Below, in pieces: positions 60,994 through 64,000 of a DNA stretch of 64,000 bases. The translations under genes were made by a program, and so were the position numbers. This DNA is from a virus. The stretch lies in the IMG/VR virus record IMGVR_UViG_3300045988_159113, one strand, 5' to 3'. Under the pieces are notes generated by a model. The model searched no databases. It worked only from the letters and a program-made list of their open reading frames with translations, and had not been told where the DNA came from. The first letter of the stretch is position 1, and each line of letters opens with the position of its first letter.

Positions 60994-61018
60994 GAAAAAA
61001 GCCAGAGATTACCCTGGC
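60994..61018 (-). terminator. Rho-independent terminator
   Basis: Hairpin gccagag/ccctggc (61001-61018) with a minus-strand TTTTTT (plus aaaaaa at 60995-61000). Confidence 0.65.
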
Positions 61019-61030
61019 TTTTTTATTAAA

Positions 61031-61822
61031 TTATTCCTCCCACAATGTGAGACTCTGAGATTCACCAAGAGCATCCCACATTTCAGCCTCAGAATCTATT
61101 TTGTAATATCTAACCGTTTCGGTTGTTTCTACGTAGTTGTTGTCATTCAATATGTGATCCAAAACAACATAAGTCTTTTTGCCGCTTTGGTCACTAAAGT
61201 AAGCATACAGCAGATAATGGCCAGTGCTGTCAGTTGTTGCAGCAAAAGTACACTGCCTATTTGTCGGCGTAAGGCCAACATACAATATTTTCTACTGCGG
61301 CGTTTCATTACATGTTTTTGCAAATTCAAAAATATCATATCCGTCAGTTCTATTATGTCCAGAGTCGATTATATACTGAGCAGGACCGACGAATGCATAG
61401 TTCATACCTGTAGTTTTCAAATTATAAACATCACCGACACGGCTTCCCTTACTCTTACCGGATAATTCTGTAAGAGAATTAACCGAACCCTTATAACGGT
61501 AAACATTCACAATTCCAGACTCGAGGCTAGAAATCTTACCACTGAGAGTGTTAACAGTCTAGTTTAATTTTGTAATGTTTGAATTAGAAGCACCTATTGT
61601 ACTTGCCAGCGTCTCATTAATCTCACGCTGTGTAAACTGCGCACCAGTTGCTGAGGTATTGCTTCCACTATGTGTATTATCGTATAACTGGCAGATCTTA
61701 TCGTTTTGGGCCGCTGTGTGCCACTGATCCTCTGCATAGATTACGGGGTACTCGTTAGGGTTAGCGCTGGTGAATGTTATAGCAAAAGCCGACGCTGCCG
61801 ACTGTGTAGTATTATTTTTCAT
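61031..61822 (-). CDS. Fibre-like protein (263 aa, two TAG)
   Basis: Track ORFs 61559..61822, 61292..61510 and 61031..61285 share one frame joined by TAG 61559 and 61292. TAA at 61031. The segment VGDVYNLKTTGMNYAF is of fibre-tip type. Confidence 0.7.
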
Positions 61823-61824
61823 AA

Positions 61825-62649
61825 TCAGATATTAATTTTAAGTTCAACCTTTTCTGCGCTACCATTCGATGCGATAGTCTTATTTGTTGCGTACATTGTA
61901 TACCCTGGCATAGTCTAATTATTAGAAACAACAGAAATGCCAGTGGCTACTGTGTCAAGAATAGAAATGCCTGACTGCTTTGCTGTGGCGTTGCCGTGTG
62001 TCAAGATGATACCATAGGCAGAGTTTGGCAAACTGTTTGTCCATGTGAAATCCGACTCATTGACGGACGTCTCCTTTCTTGTTGCAGTCTTGATAAACTC
62101 AGAGATAATGCTCTTGTCCTTAGATACACTCATACCATACCAAGCAGGATATGATACGTGCATCTGGACAGCAGCAGCTGTAGTTGTTAACTTCAAACCC
62201 TTATAGTCACCATCGGGTACAGTATAGGTGATAGTAGCAGAACCTGTTGAATCTTTAACATTCTCCAATATCTTCGTGTACTTACCAGTTGTAGACTGCG
62301 ACCAAGTAGCAGGTACAGTGTCAGCATTCACAGCCTTACCGTCAAAGGTAATACTAAGGGTAGCAGTCTGAGAAGCGGGCAGCTTGTCAGCTACACAGCT
62401 TGAATTGGAAAGGCTAATGGTAGCCTTCAACTTGTTCTTGGCTGTACTCAGCAGCTAATCGTCCAGGTAATGCTTATAAGCCTCGGGCAGATTATCAGCA
62501 CCGTAAACAGTAACGCCTGCGGTATCTTTAAGGTAGATCTTGCCATCCTTGGCAAAGATAATAGAACCATCAGCAACAACAACGCCATTAGAGTTCTTGC
62601 CCTGTGCTGCGTTCTCCTTAGAAACGTTTTTGTAAAATTTAACTTGCAT
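61825..62649 (-). CDS. Fibre-like protein (274 aa, two TAG)
   Basis: Track ORFs 62455..62685 (from internal ATG 62647-62649) and 61915..62430 are in the same frame. TAG at 62455 and 61915; TGA at 61825-61827. The ATG overlaps the upstream TAA (TAATG). Confidence 0.7.
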
Positions 62650-62990
62650 TATGACCAATTTAAATTGTTGTCTAATTCGTGCCAACGCACAAAATGTGTT
62701 TCAGTATATACTGCGACGTGCATTTTATTATTGCACAAATACACGTCGCCAATTTCTACATTATCAATAGGTAAAATATCTATCTCTCCCTTGAAGCGCA
62801 TGGCACCAGAGAGGCCTAGGTTTTCAATAGCAATAGCTCGCTTTTGGTCTGTGTCAAATTCAGAAAGGAGATTGTCCTTTTTAAGATATTCCCCTTTTTC
62901 ATTTATTACACAATGCGGGTTGCCACTATGAATGTATGGAACATACACACAATCATGCGTGTGATGAAGTTGGTTTTTATTTTGTATCAT
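62649..62990 (-). CDS. Hypothetical protein (113 aa)
   Basis: Track ORF 62649..63002, with the start moved to ATG 62988-62990, which overlaps the upstream TGA (ATGA). Confidence 0.65.
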   Translation of the reverse strand: MIQNKNQLHHTHDCVYVPYIHSGNPHCVINEKGEYLKKDNLLSEFDTDQKRAIAIENLGLSGAMRFKGEIDILPIDNVEIGDVYLCNNKMHVAVYTETHFVRWHELDNNLNWS

Positions 62991-63226
62991 GGCTTCAAAC
63001 ATTCATAAAAAACATTGATGGAATTGAACATGTCGACATTCTGAATGAACGCGATCCTGTTCAGTATGCATTGATAGTTCTCCGGCTGGTGCCCATTGTG
63101 TAACTGTTCGATGAGATCCTGGAAATCATCGATGACTGCATGCTTCAAATCAAGCACGGCATCCGCAACCGTCACTACCATATTTGCTGTTGTCTTTACA
63201 GAATCCAGTGCAACCGACCAACTCAC
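62987..63226 (-). CDS. Small helical hypothetical protein (start uncertain: GTG 63226 or ATG ~63182)
   Basis: Track ORF. Overlaps the 3' end of 63150..63866 in another frame. Confidence 0.45.
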   Translation of the reverse strand: MSWSVALDSVKTTANMVVTVADAVLDLKHAVIDDFQDLIEQLHNGHQPENYQCILNRIAFIQNVDMFNSINVFYECLKP

Positions 63227-63866
63227 GCATGATGTTCAACGCTTCAAAGTACCGATCCTCATCAAGTAAGTAATCGATGACATTGATTGCCATCCACAAG
63301 AGGTCGCGTTTGTACACTAGATCTTTATGTTTCTATGTGTTACACTTGTCAGCTCCGCAGAACTTGCCAAGTATCTCACGGTTGATATTAAAGAAGCACT
63401 CTTTGAGCCCGCACATGCTGAACATATAATCTTGAGAGAGTGCAACCGTGAAGTTATTGTTTATATTCAGAGAAATGAAATCATTAATCTGTACGATATC
63501 CCACTATCCGTTCCAGTACTTGACAATATGCTCGCCATCATAAGCAAAAACGAATTTCTTTTTTGCTAACTCATCGATATATTCCAGACTGTCCTTTTTA
63601 GGCAGGATGTAATGCGACACCATGTAAAGGCCATCTTCTTCGATATGAAAATCGCTCACGTCATCCGAACTGTGGTCATTGATATCGTACGTGTACAGGT
63701 CGTATTTTTCCTCTTTCTCTTCTGTTATGTCAACGCTATGGATAACGTTGACGGAAACCGTCCCGTCATATGTAAAGATCCCATCGTAAGTATTACAGGG
63801 ACGTTCCATTCCGGCTATCGTAATATGACAGCCAGATGTATGCTGTAATTGAAATATTGCCTACAT
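63150..63866 (-). CDS. Hypothetical protein (238 aa, three TAG)
   Basis: Track ORF 63504..63809 extended upstream to ATG 63864-63866 (TAATG overlap) and downstream through TAG 63504 and 63333 to TGA 63150-63152. Confidence 0.6.
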
Positions 63867-64000
63867 TATCCAAAATTAACGTTGTCATTATATGGATTGC
63901 CGTCATGTAGTTGCTTGAGCTCTATGTCAACCTTCTTATTATCAACGGCGATATTATCTTCTTTGTATTTCTTGTCTGCCCTCGCGTTGTACCACCTAAT
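63866..64000 (-). CDS. 3' end of an upstream gene (partial)
   Basis: The open minus frame ..IRWYNARADKKYKEDNIAVDNKKVDIELKQLHDGNPYNDNVNFG* ends at TAA 63866-63868. Confidence 0.5.
   Translation of the reverse strand: MRWYNARADKKYKEDNIAVDNKKVDIELKQLHDGNPYNDNVNFG

Noticed and set aside
1-64000. Possible TGA reassignment (TGA to Trp occurs in some recoded phages).
   Set aside because: The TGA codons I met in coding frames fall at positions where the next gene starts within a few nucleotides, often as ATGA. The sequence after them changes frame. TGA therefore behaves as a genuine stop here.

Overview
This window reads as the late (virion structural) module of a crAss-like (Crassvirales-type) podophage. 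That assignment rests on gene content and order, not on a database search. Every credible gene is on the minus strand; the plus-strand track ORFs look like antisense shadows. Three observations dominate. (1) TAG is a sense codon, most likely Gln. Dozens of adjacent same-frame track ORFs are separated by a single TAG. All gene ends I could place use TAA or TGA, often in ATGA or TAATG start/stop overlaps. One TAG sits where a conserved alcohol-dehydrogenase motif has Gln. Read with TAG=Gln, the fragments fuse into very large genes: >2,860, 2,280, 2,001, 1,300 and 888 codons. Several genes invisible to a standard-code ORF scan also appear. (2) The putative major capsid protein gene (37747..44452) is interrupted by 11 related group I introns with textbook P/Q/R/S core elements. 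Four carry GIY-YIG homing endonuclease ORFs. Only about 1.4 kb of the 6.7 kb locus is exon, including an 18-nt micro-exon. (3) Unusual cargo sits inside the structural block: a Zn-alcohol dehydrogenase fused to an unknown C-terminal domain, a DUF192 protein, a glycosyltransferase cluster next to the fibre genes, an HTH plus membrane-protein mini-cassette, and a frame-broken chimeric fibre gene. Also present are rho-independent terminators, a recurring TATAAT-containing promoter-like motif and a short direct-repeat array. No tRNA, rRNA or CRISPR array was seen. Functional names are from motif recognition by eye. Coordinates not taken from the ORF track may be off by a base or two.
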